Positions 36,170-46,692 are shown, counted from the stretch's first letter. The stretch: DNA of 64,000 bases from Planctomycetota bacterium (GCA_020351025.1 CP070728.1:1827510-1891509), one strand, 5' to 3'. The notes: a model not told the origin generated them from the sequence alone. Program-made: numbers and translations.

Positions 36170-37858
36170 ATGGTCAAAGATATAATTTTTGGCACGGTAG
36201 GGGGGTTAGGTTTGTTTTTATTCGGTATGGAATTGCTATCAGGGGGTCTTAAAAAGGCTGCGGGCCAGAGAATTCGTAAACTGCTTTCATCTCTTACCAA
36301 GCACCGATTAATCGCTATGCTCGTGGGCGCATTTACCACGTGTTTGATACAATCGAGCTCAGCAACAACAGTTATGACAGTTGGCTTTGTTAATGCATCT
36401 CTTTTAACACTGAAGCAGGCCCTGTGCGTTGTTCTTGGAGCGAATGTTGGAACAACCTTTACGGCGTGGCTTGTTTCAGGTTTGGCAGTGTTTAAGATTA
36501 CGACGTATTCGCTGCCAGCCATTGGTTTAGGATTTCTGATACGCGTGCTTGGCAAGACCTCAAAAACGCGCAACACGGGCGAGGTGCTGCTTGGCTTTGG
36601 CATTTTATTTACTGGCATAGATTTTATGAAAATCGGTTTTAGCCCACTACAAGAAAGTCAACAGGTTCAGGCAGTTTTGATATGGCTGGGTAACTATCCG
36701 ATACTGGCGGTTTTGGCGGGGACCGTGGTGACGATGCTACTTCAGAGTAGTTCTGCTACGATAGCAATGATACAAATACTTGCATTTAACGGTGCGTTCG
36801 GGGGTGAATGGTCAGAGGTATTGCGAGTTGCGATACCTTTCATCCTTGGTGATAACATCGGCACAACAATCACCGCCGAGATTGCGGCAATTCGCACATC
36901 TTTGGCCGCCCGTCGAACAGCTCGGGGCCATACCTTATTTAACGTTATAGGCGTGCTTTATATGTTTCCACTGGTATGGGCGGGATGGTACAGCGATGCT
37001 GTCGAATGGATTACGCCGTTTAGATTGTCACAAGGTACGATTATGGTACACATAGCTGTCGCCCACAGCGCATTTAATGTATTTAACACCTTTGTGTTTC
37101 TGCCGCTTATTCCCTGGCTCGAAGCGTTAGTAGTTAAAATCGTCCCAGCGAGGGCTGAGGATGCCATTGCAAAGCCGGTTGTTCTGGAAGAGCACCTTCT
37201 CGAAACGCCGGTAATCGCCCTCGACCAAGCAAGACGTGGAATCGTGCGGATGACGTTGGCGGCAAAGGAAGCTGTTAACCAAGCAATTGAAGGCCTTGAA
37301 AAGGATGACAAGAAAAAGCTTGAATTAACACTGAAAACGGAAGATGCTGTTGATAATTTCCAGTATGAAATCACATCTTATTTAGTTGCGCTTTCCAGGA
37401 AGGAGCTCTCCGATGAGCTATCTGTACAATTGCCTGTACTTTTGCATACGGTTAATGACCTCGAGCGTGTCAGCGACCATGCCGTCAATATTGCCGAAAT
37501 CGCCGAACGAAAAATTGAGCAGAAATTATCCTTTAGTGATTGTGCACTAGCCGAAGCCATACGGTTGAAACAAGAAGTTAATCAAATGCTCGATGGTATT
37601 TCAGCCGCTCTGGAAAATAATGATATTGAGGCGGCCAAATCAGCTCTGGTCAATGAGGAAGCCCTTAACAAGATGCAGATAGACTTTCGTCGCAGCCATG
37701 TTCAGCGTATGAGCGAAGGCCTCTGCTCGCCTGAGGCGGGGCTGATATTTATTGACCTGGTTGACAATGTCGAAAAAATCGGTGACCACCTTACCAATAT
37801 AGCACAAGCGGTAATAGGTGGGCTGCAATGGAATGGTTTCGGAGCGAAAACTCAATAA
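36170..37858 (+). CDS. Na+/phosphate cotransporter family protein with C-terminal PhoU-like domains
   Basis: Duplicated QSSSATT/QSSSATI motifs of the NptA/YjbB family. C-terminal PhoU-like repeats (LERVSDHAVNIAE, VEKIGDHLTNIAQ). Confidence 0.9.
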   Translation: MVKDIIFGTVGGLGLFLFGMELLSGGLKKAAGQRIRKLLSSLTKHRLIAMLVGAFTTCLIQSSSATTVMTVGFVNASLLTLKQALCVVLGANVGTTFTAWLVSGLAVFKITTYSLPAIGLGFLIRVLGKTSKTRNTGEVLLGFGILFTGIDFMKIGFSPLQESQQVQAVLIWLGNYPILAVLAGTVVTMLLQSSSATIAMIQILAFNGAFGGEWSEVLRVAIPFILGDNIGTTITAEIAAIRTSLAARRTARGHTLFNVIGVLYMFPLVWAGWYSDAVEWITPFRLSQGTIMVHIAVAHSAFNVFNTFVFLPLIPWLEALVVKIVPARAEDAIAKPVVLEEHLLETPVIALDQARRGIVRMTLAAKEAVNQAIEGLEKDDKKKLELTLKTEDAVDNFQYEITSYLVALSRKELSDELSVQLPVLLHTVNDLERVSDHAVNIAEIAERKIEQKLSFSDCALAEAIRLKQEVNQMLDGISAALENNDIEAAKSALVNEEALNKMQIDFRRSHVQRMSEGLCSPEAGLIFIDLVDNVEKIGDHLTNIAQAVIGGLQWNGFGAKTQ

Positions 37859-38084
37859 AGTATAGGACACATTTACCAACAATTACCAAAAATTGGTTGA
37901 CCAATTTAGCTAAAACTACCGTGGAATTAGTAACCTATAGCGTTTAGGATACAGTGTTTAGGATTTTTGTTTTATACAACTAACCGCTATCTCTTTAGGG
38001 CATTTAGATGGTTAAATTGCTAGATATATCAGCGTTATACATAAATTCGGTTATATTAACCTTTGAAATTTTAAGGAGAGGATA

Positions 38085-38759
38085 ATGTCAGTTTTAGAGA
38101 AATTTTTTGCTCCTTCGCCATTCGTAGGGCTGCAGGAACACGCAAAAAAGGTACATGAGTGTGTCGAACTTCTGCGTCCTTTAACGAATGCGCTGCTAGC
38201 GGAAGAATCTGATAAGCTCGAAGAACTACACAACCAGATGTCAAAGACTGAGCATGAAGCGGACCTAATCAAGACGGAACTTCGCGACAGGATAAGCAAG
38301 ATGTACTTTTTATCGGTGGGGCGGCTGGAATTGAGCGAGTTTTTGGCGTATCAGGACGATGTGGCAGATTCGGCGGAGGATTTTGCGGTGGTGCTCCTTC
38401 TTCGCAAGACGAAACTTCCGGAAGAACTGAAGGCGGACTTTACAGCCTTTGTCGAACAAGTAATCACCGTTAGTGAGCACTTAATGGAGCTGACGAATAA
38501 GCTTTCGACCGTTGCTGAAGCTGCCTTTTCGGGCGAAGAAGCTGAGGAAATGCTTAAAGCTATTACAAGAATTGGTGAAGAAGAATGGCAAGCCGACCGT
38601 CTGGAGAGAAAATTTGCGAGACACCTTTATAGTATAGAAGATAAACTCGACCCGGTAACAATTATGTTCCTCGATAAGTATTGCGAAACACTTGGTCGAA
38701 TATCAAACAACGCGGAAAAAACCGCTAAATATCTTCGACTTATCATTCGCAAGAAATAG
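38085..38759 (+). CDS. DUF47/TIGR00153 family protein (PhoU-like partner of PiT transporters)
   Basis: N-terminus FFAPSPFVGLQEHAKKVHECV and HEADLIKTELR. Immediately upstream of the PiT gene. Confidence 0.85.
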   Translation: MSVLEKFFAPSPFVGLQEHAKKVHECVELLRPLTNALLAEESDKLEELHNQMSKTEHEADLIKTELRDRISKMYFLSVGRLELSEFLAYQDDVADSAEDFAVVLLLRKTKLPEELKADFTAFVEQVITVSEHLMELTNKLSTVAEAAFSGEEAEEMLKAITRIGEEEWQADRLERKFARHLYSIEDKLDPVTIMFLDKYCETLGRISNNAEKTAKYLRLIIRKK

Positions 38760-38783
38760 TCCCACTGGAGGAGCAAAGTAGGC

Positions 38784-40028
38784 GTGGAAATCCTTGTTGT
38801 TATAGCAATCATAATTGGTGCCTATATGGCCTGGAATATTGGCGCCAACGACGTGGCCAACTCCATGGCTTGCGCGGTCGGGTCAAAATCGCTAAGTATC
38901 TTCTGGGCGATAGTGCTGGCGGGTATATGTAATTTTTGTGGCGCTGTGCTTGTCGGCAGCGCCGTTACTGACACGGTTCGCAAGGGAATAATAGACACGC
39001 AGGCCTTCACACACGACCCTTATATGCTGGCGCACGGTATGGTTTGCGCGTTGCTTGCGGCAGCGGTGTGGCTGAATCTGGCAACCTACTTTGGGATGCC
39101 GGTATCAACAACACATTCTATTGTAGGAGCCGTCGTCGGTTTTGGAATCCTACAGGCCGGAATCGGACACATTTACTGGGGCAAGCTCGTGCAGATTGTA
39201 GCGAGCTGGTTTATCTCGCCGCTGGCAGGTGGGATTATGGCCTTTATCACATTCAAATTGATATCACGGTATATACTCGGGGTTGAAAAACCGGCGATAG
39301 CAGCGCGGAATGGCGTGCCGGTATGTGTGTTTTTTACGTTTGCCATATTGATTTTGGCCATTATTTACAAGGGTTTGAAAAACCTTCATTTAGATTTAAA
39401 AGGTCCAGAAGCACTGGCTTTGAGCATTCTCGGAGGTATTATCGCCTCAGCAATCTCAATATTTCTTGTTAGAAGAAGCCGCAATTGTGACGGTGAACTA
39501 TCCTTTGAAGAGCAGTTAGCCCAGGTGGAGAAAATCTTTGCAGTTTTGGTAATAATCACATCGTGCACGGTGGCCTTTGCACAGGGAGCTAATGATGTAG
39601 CCAATGCAATTGGGCCGTTGGCAGCGGTAGTTGAAATCGTCAAGAACAACGCCATACCCGGTAAGGTTCCTGTAAGTATAAAGCTATTAGTTCTTGGCGG
39701 GCTTGGCATCGCTGTCGGTCTTGCTATGTTTGGGTATCGAGTAATGCGTGTTGTTGGGACAAAGGTGACGGAAATCACACCTTCACGTGGTGTTGCGGCC
39801 AGCTTAAGCGGTATGGCAACGGTTTTAGCGTGTTCAAAAATGGGGCTGCCGGTATCGACCACTCACACTTTGGTAGGGGCAATAATAGGTGTGGGACTGG
39901 CCCGTGGTATCACGGCCATCGACCGCAGAGTAGTTGGTTCGATTTTTACGTCCTGGTTCGCTACCGTTCCGGCCGCTGCGATTCTGACCATATTCTTTTA
40001 CCTGGTCGGGAAATGGTTATTTTGGTAA
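38784..40028 (+). CDS. inorganic phosphate transporter, PiT family
   Basis: Two GANDVAN signature repeats (NIGANDVANSMA, QGANDVANAIGP) and VSTTHS/VSTTHT. GTG start. Confidence 0.95.
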   Translation: MEILVVIAIIIGAYMAWNIGANDVANSMACAVGSKSLSIFWAIVLAGICNFCGAVLVGSAVTDTVRKGIIDTQAFTHDPYMLAHGMVCALLAAAVWLNLATYFGMPVSTTHSIVGAVVGFGILQAGIGHIYWGKLVQIVASWFISPLAGGIMAFITFKLISRYILGVEKPAIAARNGVPVCVFFTFAILILAIIYKGLKNLHLDLKGPEALALSILGGIIASAISIFLVRRSRNCDGELSFEEQLAQVEKIFAVLVIITSCTVAFAQGANDVANAIGPLAAVVEIVKNNAIPGKVPVSIKLLVLGGLGIAVGLAMFGYRVMRVVGTKVTEITPSRGVAASLSGMATVLACSKMGLPVSTTHTLVGAIIGVGLARGITAIDRRVVGSIFTSWFATVPAAAILTIFFYLVGKWLFW

Positions 40029-40085
40029 GCAAACCGAAAATAGTTTTCATTGCTAATTTGGCGAAGTAGAGGTAAAATTCCAAGT

Positions 40086-41624
40086 ATGAAGAGGTTACTT
40101 TGTAAATTTGCGATGGTTTTGCCGTGTGTACTATTTGTTCTGGCAGGGGCGTCAGGAACCGAAGAGGAGGTCTCCAGTTTAGACTTGTCACCTACAAAAG
40201 CAGCGGTGATTGTCTGTAAAGGGATGATTGACGATGGGCTGTATAAGTCGATACAGCGCAGGACCGAGATGGCGCTTGATGAGGGGGCGGAATACTTAGT
40301 CTACGAAATAAGCACATACGGGGGTCTTCTTCAATCGGGTGATGATATATCCAAGTATTTTATCCTTGATGTGGCCAAGAAGGGCAAGACAGTTGCCTAT
40401 ATAACGACGGAAGCCATATCAGCTGGCGCAATGATAAGCGTGTCGTGTCAGGACATAATAATGCTCGAAAACACAACGATAGGGGATTGCGCTCCGATGC
40501 AGATAGGCGCTAAACTTGAAGGTGTCGAGCGGGAAAAAGTCGAGAGCTTCACACGGGCGGCTTTTATGCGGGCTGCAGAAGCAAACAGGTATCCAGAGGC
40601 ATTGCTCAAGGCAATGGTAAGTATGCAAATCGAAGTATACCGCGTGAAGAATCTGGAAAGCAGCGAATATGAATTTTACGAAACCGACAAACTTCCTAAA
40701 GACGCCAATCAGTATGACCTGCAGAACAAGGAACTAATTGTTAAAGATGATGAGCTTTTGACTCTGACGGCTTCACAGGCGTTTGAATATGGTATAGCAA
40801 GGGCAAAGGTCAGCAATCTGGAAGAGGCAATGGAGTTTTTAGCCAAGCGTGACGCTGTAACTTTTGTTGGTGAACCAAGGGTACTTGAGACTATGTGGTC
40901 TGAAGAGATGGTTCGCTGGCTGAATTCCCCGGCAGTAATGGGTGTGCTCATTATGCTTGCCTTGCTTGGGGTGTATATTGAATTCAACACGCCTGGTGTT
41001 GGCCTGGCGGGATTGGTTGCAGTTATATGCTTTGCGATTATCATCGGCAGCAAATACCTCGTGGGAATGGCAAATTGGGTTGAAGTAGCGTTATTTGTCG
41101 TAGGGGTGCTTCTGCTTCTCGTTGAGATTTTCGTGCTGCCTGGCTTTGGAATTGCGGGCTTTATGGGAATAATGTGCATATTAGCGGGTCTGTTCGGCAT
41201 GCTTATCAAGAATCCACCGGATAAATTGCCGTGGCCTCAGACGCAGCCGGATTGGCAAATATTCATAGATGGTATCTGGGCGCTGTCGCTTGGCTTTGTA
41301 GGATTTATTATTTTGGCGTGGCTTCTGACAAAATACCTGCCTAAGCTGCAGTTTCTCAGCGGCCTTATACTTGTGCCGGCTGCTGCGAAGCGGGGCGGTG
41401 AAATGGAGGTCAGTATGACTGCGCCTCCTGAAAGCAGAACGATGGATTTAAACTTGGGTGACATCGGTGAGGTAGTTTCGACACTGCGGCCTGCAGGAAA
41501 AGCAAAATTCGATGAGAAAATAGTCGATTGTGTAGCGCAGGCTGAGTTCTTGGAGAAAGGAACCAAGGTTGAGATAGCCGAGATTCATGGTAACAGGGTT
41601 ATTGTAAAATCTGCAGAAGACTGA
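40086..41624 (+). CDS. NfeD-family membrane-bound ClpP-class serine protease (long form)
   Basis: Signal/anchor, ClpP-like domain (TYGGLLQSGDDI, AISAGAMISVSC), 4-5 TM helices, and a C-terminal OB-fold (GEVVSTLRPAGKAKFDEKIVDCVAQAEFLEKGTKVEI). Start at ATG 40086. Confidence 0.85.
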   Translation: MKRLLCKFAMVLPCVLFVLAGASGTEEEVSSLDLSPTKAAVIVCKGMIDDGLYKSIQRRTEMALDEGAEYLVYEISTYGGLLQSGDDISKYFILDVAKKGKTVAYITTEAISAGAMISVSCQDIIMLENTTIGDCAPMQIGAKLEGVEREKVESFTRAAFMRAAEANRYPEALLKAMVSMQIEVYRVKNLESSEYEFYETDKLPKDANQYDLQNKELIVKDDELLTLTASQAFEYGIARAKVSNLEEAMEFLAKRDAVTFVGEPRVLETMWSEEMVRWLNSPAVMGVLIMLALLGVYIEFNTPGVGLAGLVAVICFAIIIGSKYLVGMANWVEVALFVVGVLLLLVEIFVLPGFGIAGFMGIMCILAGLFGMLIKNPPDKLPWPQTQPDWQIFIDGIWALSLGFVGFIILAWLLTKYLPKLQFLSGLILVPAAAKRGGEMEVSMTAPPESRTMDLNLGDIGEVVSTLRPAGKAKFDEKIVDCVAQAEFLEKGTKVEIAEIHGNRVIVKSAED

Positions 41625-41738
41625 GCTGAACAGTTGTTACAAAAGTTCCAAGTAAAATGTAATAATATTATGAAGTCGTTTGGAATTTAAATTGCCACGG
41701 CCTAAAGGCTTCGCAATGACTTGATTAGGGGCAAACTT

Positions 41739-42233
41739 ATGGATTGGTGGCTTGTATTCGCAATTTTTTTGTATTTCGCTGCGGCAGCTTTGATAATAGC
41801 TGAGGTGTTCGTACCAAGCGGGGGGATAATAAGTATCTGCGCGCTGGCGTGTTTAGTGGGGGGGGTAGTAATATTTTTCCGGCACAGCACCACAGCAGGG
41901 TGGGTGGGTGTAATTATTGCCGTTGTAATGATACCTACGGTTATTATAATTGCTTATAAGATATTTCCGAGGACTCGATTCGGCAAGAGCGTGATACTTG
42001 CACCCCCGGAACGTCAGAAGGGTGATGCAGTCCCCGATACGTCAGAAATAAAAGAGCTTCTCGGAGCCGAGGGCGTGGTTCTTACGCCTTTGCGGCCGGT
42101 GGGAATGTGCGATTTTTCAGGACAAAGAGTTGAATGCGTTGCCGAAGGCGGTTATGTTGATAAAGACAAGAAGGTAAAGGTTATAAACGTAGAAAGCACA
42201 CAAGTAACTGTTCGTGTAATAGAGGAAAGTTAA
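41739..42233 (+). CDS. NfeD-like short form (TM helices plus C-terminal OB-fold)
   Basis: Three TM helices, then GAEGVVLTPLRPVGMCDFSGQRVECVAEGGYVDKDKKVKVI, typical of the NfeD C-terminal domain. Start at ATG 41739. Confidence 0.8.
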   Translation: MDWWLVFAIFLYFAAAALIIAEVFVPSGGIISICALACLVGGVVIFFRHSTTAGWVGVIIAVVMIPTVIIIAYKIFPRTRFGKSVILAPPERQKGDAVPDTSEIKELLGAEGVVLTPLRPVGMCDFSGQRVECVAEGGYVDKDKKVKVINVESTQVTVRVIEES

Positions 42234-42248
42234 TGAAAGGGCAAAAAC

Positions 42249-43262
42249 ATGTATGACTTAACAAACATACTCCTGGTGGAAGGTGAGGCCCCAAGAGTTT
42301 TTGGAGTGGCAATTCTGGTCATTCTTATACTTGTAGTATTAATACTGTTGCTGCTATTTATAAAATTTTTCAGGCTATGGCTACAGGCCAGATTATCGCG
42401 GGCCGATGTGAAATTTTCCGAGCTTATTGGGATGTGGCTTCGAAAGGTCGATACAAGGACTATTGTACTGAGTAAAATAACTGCGATTCAGGCAGGTCTA
42501 ACACTAACGACGCAGGACTTGGAGAGCCATTATTTAGCAGGGGGGCGGGTGCCGAACGTTGTACGGGCTTTGATAGCCGCCAACAGGGCAAACATCGAGT
42601 TGACTTTGAAAACAGCTACTGCAATCGATTTGGCAGGGCGTGATATTCTCGAAGCCGTGCAGACGAGCGTCAATCCGAAGGTAATCGACTGTCCGAGCCC
42701 TGAGAAGGGCAAAGAAACTGTGGACGCGGTTGCCCAAGACGGCATTCAATTAAAGGCCAAGGCGCGGGTAACGGTGCGCGCGAATATTGAACGACTGATA
42801 GGCGGAGCAACACAAGAGACAATTATTGCGCGTGTCGGCGAGGGGATTGTAACGACTATAGGCAGTGCGATAACATATAAAAGCGTTCTTGAAAATCCGG
42901 ATGAGATTTCGAAGGCGGTTTTGTCGAAGGGACTGGATGCGGGGACGGCTTATGAGATTCTCTCTATCGATATAGCAGACGTTGACGTGGGGACAAACGT
43001 TGGGGCACAACTTCAGGCTGCCCAAGCTGAGGCTGATATGCGAAGGGCAAAGGCTGAGGCAGAAAAACGGCGAGCAATGGCAGTTGCACGCGAGCAGGAG
43101 ATGAGGGCGATGGTGGTAGAGAACGAGGCAAAGGTGCCGCTTGCTATAGCGGAGGCCTTTCAGAAGGGCAACCTCGGGATTATGGACTACTACCGGCTGA
43201 AAAATATAAGCGCCGATACCTCGATGCGAGAGTCTATTGCGAAGCCGAAAAAGAAAGAATAA
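42249..43262 (+). CDS. floA: flotillin-like protein FloA (UPF0365/YqfA, SPFH superfamily)
   Basis: N-terminal [30 protein letters not shown], a long Ala/Glu-rich helix and C-terminal [14 protein letters not shown]. Follows the NfeD genes as in Bacillus yqeZ-floA. Confidence 0.85.
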   Translation: MYDLTNILLVEGEAPRVFGVAILVILILVVLILLLLFIKFFRLWLQARLSRADVKFSELIGMWLRKVDTRTIVLSKITAIQAGLTLTTQDLESHYLAGGRVPNVVRALIAANRANIELTLKTATAIDLAGRDILEAVQTSVNPKVIDCPSPEKGKETVDAVAQDGIQLKAKARVTVRANIERLIGGATQETIIARVGEGIVTTIGSAITYKSVLENPDEISKAVLSKGLDAGTAYEILSIDIADVDVGTNVGAQLQAAQAEADMRRAKAEAEKRRAMAVAREQEMRAMVVENEAKVPLAIAEAFQKGNLGIMDYYRLKNISADTSMRESIAKPKKKE

Positions 43263-43304
43263 CAAGCAAGACCAAAGACCACAGACTCAAGGCACAGATG
43301 TAAT

Positions 43305-43907
43305 ATGGACCATTTTTTGGCACAAGTAATTGTGGCAGCCCGTGACAATGGTATGGAGCGGTGGACGAACATACTTTTTGTTGTGGTAGTAGGGATTTTC
43401 TGGCTGGTCGGGGGCATTCTGAAGGCAAGGGCAAATAAGGCAGCACAGAAGGGTGAGAAACGAGAGCCCCATGAGCCAGCACGGAAACCTCCCGACCGTG
43501 AGAGGCTCTTAGAGAAACAAGTGCTTAAGCAAGCTCGTCGTCCTGTAGGTCCTGCACAGCGGCGAAAAATGGTTCGTCCTCAGCCGATACGGCGAAAGGT
43601 GACTGCTGAAATGGAACAGGCCATTGAGCTGCCCACCTTAGAGCCGATGGAGGTATCAAAAGTGGCAGCACCGATGCCGAAACTTGCGCCTGAGCTGGGA
43701 GAACTTCCAGAGTTTACTACCGATGAAGCTGTTGAAAAGCTGGGAGAGAGGCGAGCTGCTATGGCTGAGGAAATACCGCAGGCAAAATATCTTCCTGAAC
43801 TCTTGATAGACTATGACGACCCTGAGAAGCTGCGGCGGGCGATACTGCATTATGAAATCTTAGGCAAGCCTTTATCGATGCGGAGGCCGTCAGAACATAT
43901 GATATAA
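43305..43907 (+). CDS. hypothetical single-pass membrane protein, Arg/Pro-rich, conserved-looking C-terminal LRRAILHYEILGKPLSMR
   Basis: ORF with one TM (ILFVVVVGIFWLVGGIL) and a low-complexity basic region. Last gene of the flotillin module. Confidence 0.55.
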   Translation: MDHFLAQVIVAARDNGMERWTNILFVVVVGIFWLVGGILKARANKAAQKGEKREPHEPARKPPDRERLLEKQVLKQARRPVGPAQRRKMVRPQPIRRKVTAEMEQAIELPTLEPMEVSKVAAPMPKLAPELGELPEFTTDEAVEKLGERRAAMAEEIPQAKYLPELLIDYDDPEKLRRAILHYEILGKPLSMRRPSEHMI

Positions 43908-44057
43908 ATGATTTTGTGGGTGATTGGTGGGGGACTCAATTTTTGCGCGATAACTAACGTCCCATAATATATGTTATGTTTCATTGGGCTTCTGTTTTTG
44001 GCCAAATGGAAACGTTGGGTGATTTTTGGTTTATGCGGGGTATTTCGCAGCGTTTGT

Positions 44058-45719
44058 CTATAATTGATTATTGTTCAGCGCCTGTGCGGTTGTGTCAGAA
44101 AGATTGTCCCACATAGCTGCGGCTCTATCCAACAATCCGAGATTTTGAAGAACTACAGAGATGTTAATTGGTGCATCGGTACTTGCGAAATTATCTTCCA
44201 GTAACCGGTCAAGATCAATAAGCGAGGATGCAAACCTTATCCTGTCACAATAAAGTAAAGCCACCTTATAATGCAGTTCGAGCGTATCCTTATCAAGACC
44301 CTCAGGGACGGTTAGCTGCTCAAGTGCAGCGGCCTTTTGTTCGGTCTCAAACAGGCAGACAGCAAGTTTGCTCCTGGCTCTTGTATATGTGGGATTTATC
44401 TCCAAGGCACTTTGAAATGCCCTCATCGCCTCGTTCATTCTTCCGATGTTCATCATTAAGACACCAAGCCTGTACCACAAATCGGGGTTTTGCGGCCTTT
44501 CATTAATTTGGCGCTGATGTGCGGCGATGACGGCCTCGATAAGCTTAGTTGAGTCATCCTCTTTGTGAGAGAACAAAGTTGAACCAAGGTTTATTTTGAA
44601 TTGCAAGCTGGCTGTTTCAGCAAACAATACAGAGCTATTTGGCTGAATTGCCGCTGCAAGGGATAAGGTCGTTAATGACCCTAAGGCATCACCAGCTAAT
44701 TTTTGCGCGATTGCCAAGCCGATATACGCATCAACTATCTGGTCGTTTATTTCGACGGCCCTGTTGAACTGTTGTGCAGCAAGCTGTTCAGCGTTTATCT
44801 GCAAATATTGTGTCCCAAGCTTTATGGTGGCCTCGAGAAAAGCCGGCCGGATACGAACTGCCTCTTCATACTGGGAAACAGCTTCATCGGTGGCACCGAG
44901 CATAGCAAGAATATCAGCACGCTTTAACAACAGGTCCGCCCTGTCAGGCTGGATTTCCAGCATATCTTCAATCTGTTCGAGTGCTTCGTGAGGCTGGCCG
45001 GCTTCGAGGAGCTGGTTTACACAGTCTGCCTCAACCTGAAAATTGTCCGGATGTATCAAGATGGCGGTGTTAAAGGTTTCAATGGCTCTAAGATATGCGG
45101 TGTTGGCGATATAGAGATGACCGAGCGTAACAAGAGTTGATATGTCATCGGGGTATTCGTACCTCAACATTTCGTATTCAGCTATGGCCTTTGCGAGCTG
45201 TCCATTTTTGAAATAGACGGCGGCCAATCGCTGTCTTGGCAGCTGTAAATAGTTTTTAAATTTGAGGCAATCCTGATAAAATTCGACAGCCTGAGCTTCT
45301 TTGCCGAGTCGTTCATAACAGTGGCCCAGAGCATAAAGAGCTATCGTATTGTTTGGCTGGCGCATATAGACCGAGTTCAATTCTTCGATGGCGTTTTGCA
45401 ACTGGTTATTATGAAGGGCTATCGCAGCTGCTGCCATCCGCCCGAACGTGCAGGAAGGATTTTCAAAAAGATACAGTCTTATCTGCTCCTGGGCTGCATT
45501 GGTCTTTCGGCTGCTCATTAGCTTGATGACTTTATTGAGCTGTTGATACTGCTGCAAATCGATATCGATGGGTTTGGCCGAATCCAGCCAATGCCATATC
45601 AAGTCGGCTGTATCGACCGCTATCGCCCTACCGAGAATTTCCAGCAATCTGCCCATAAATTCGCTACTCGTATCTTGTATCTCGCATGCAGGGTTCGGGG
45701 TCAGATTCACCCTCTCCAC
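44058..45719 (-). CDS. tetratricopeptide-repeat (TPR) protein
   Basis: Multiple 34-aa TPR units (for example ALYALGHCYERLGKEAQAVEFYQDCLKFKNY, WYRLGVLMMNIGRMNEAMRAFQSALEINP). Confidence 0.85.
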   Translation of the reverse strand: MERVNLTPNPACEIQDTSSEFMGRLLEILGRAIAVDTADLIWHWLDSAKPIDIDLQQYQQLNKVIKLMSSRKTNAAQEQIRLYLFENPSCTFGRMAAAAIALHNNQLQNAIEELNSVYMRQPNNTIALYALGHCYERLGKEAQAVEFYQDCLKFKNYLQLPRQRLAAVYFKNGQLAKAIAEYEMLRYEYPDDISTLVTLGHLYIANTAYLRAIETFNTAILIHPDNFQVEADCVNQLLEAGQPHEALEQIEDMLEIQPDRADLLLKRADILAMLGATDEAVSQYEEAVRIRPAFLEATIKLGTQYLQINAEQLAAQQFNRAVEINDQIVDAYIGLAIAQKLAGDALGSLTTLSLAAAIQPNSSVLFAETASLQFKINLGSTLFSHKEDDSTKLIEAVIAAHQRQINERPQNPDLWYRLGVLMMNIGRMNEAMRAFQSALEINPTYTRARSKLAVCLFETEQKAAALEQLTVPEGLDKDTLELHYKVALLYCDRIRFASSLIDLDRLLEDNFASTDAPINISVVLQNLGLLDRAAAMWDNLSDTTAQALNNNQL

Positions 45720-45949
45720 TAATCTCTAATTGGAATATCGACAATAGGGCTGGGTGTATTAACCTGTGATTTGGCAATTAGTTAGTTGAAAGTCTATTTT
45801 AGCTGGCGTATATGGCGATTGTGTGTAATGTAGGGATTATTGCGGTCCTAAAGGAAGATTTGCGGACTTTAGCCTCCACCTGCCCTGCTATTATAAAAGG
45901 CGACTTTTTGGCGACAAAATAGGTCTATAAACACCGTAAACAGACTAAG

Positions 45950-45976
45950 CGCCAGCCACCTCGCTGGCGGTTTTTT
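45950..45976. terminator. hairpin plus T6; a better terminator on the plus strand, possibly bidirectional
   Basis: CGCCAGC (45950-56) pairs with GCTGGCG (45963-69), followed by G and T6 (45971-76). Confidence 0.4.
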
Positions 45977-46023
45977 GCTACAAACAGGAAATTTGAGAAA
46001 AAGGTCAGATGCCCCCTGCTTTG

Positions 46024-46512
46024 CTACTTTGAATCTGACTTTGCAGTTTGGGCCTGTTTTTCTATCTCGCTTAAATATGCTAATGTGCGCTCAAGTTTGT
46101 CACGCAGGTGCTTTAATTTCAGCATAGTCCTAACGCGCGTGATAAGCTCCAGTTTATTTACGGGCTTACTTATAAAATCATCTGTGCCTGAGTCGATACC
46201 GCGTTCAATGTCACCGAATTCATTAAGTGCCGTTACCATTATTATAGGGATATCGCTGGTTTTGGGGGCCTTTTTTACTCTCTTGCAGACCTCAAAGCCG
46301 CTCATTTTGGGCATCATAACGTCAAGCAAAATTAAATCAGGAGGCTGTTTGGAAATAATTTCCAAGGCCTCCAGCCCATCGTGCGCAGGGATAGTCTCAC
46401 AGTCCATATCCTCAAGATATGCCTGCAGGAGTTCAAGATTAGGTATATTGTCATCAACAACCAGTACCACGGGAGTTTTGTCCTGCTGCTTATCGGATTT
46501 CATTGGTTTCAT
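46024..46512 (-). CDS. stand-alone response regulator receiver (CheY-like) with short C-terminal coiled coil
   Basis: VLVVDDN, phospho-acceptor context DLILLDVMMPKMSGF, VTAL and KP motifs. No output domain. Confidence 0.9.
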   Translation of the reverse strand: MKPMKSDKQQDKTPVVLVVDDNIPNLELLQAYLEDMDCETIPAHDGLEALEIISKQPPDLILLDVMMPKMSGFEVCKRVKKAPKTSDIPIIMVTALNEFGDIERGIDSGTDDFISKPVNKLELITRVRTMLKLKHLRDKLERTLAYLSEIEKQAQTAKSDSK

Positions 46513-46692
46513 AGGAAACTGCTCCTATCTGTTTATCAGCGTTTAGGGGATAGTCTTATTTTATTAATAGCACCAAAAACCACCTGCGATTAAAGCGAAC
46601 AAACAAGGATATGTCAACCTAATCTTTTGTTCAGTGGACCAAACAGCTGGTTTTTACGGTTTATGTTCGACCCGGCAGCTATAACAGATGAT

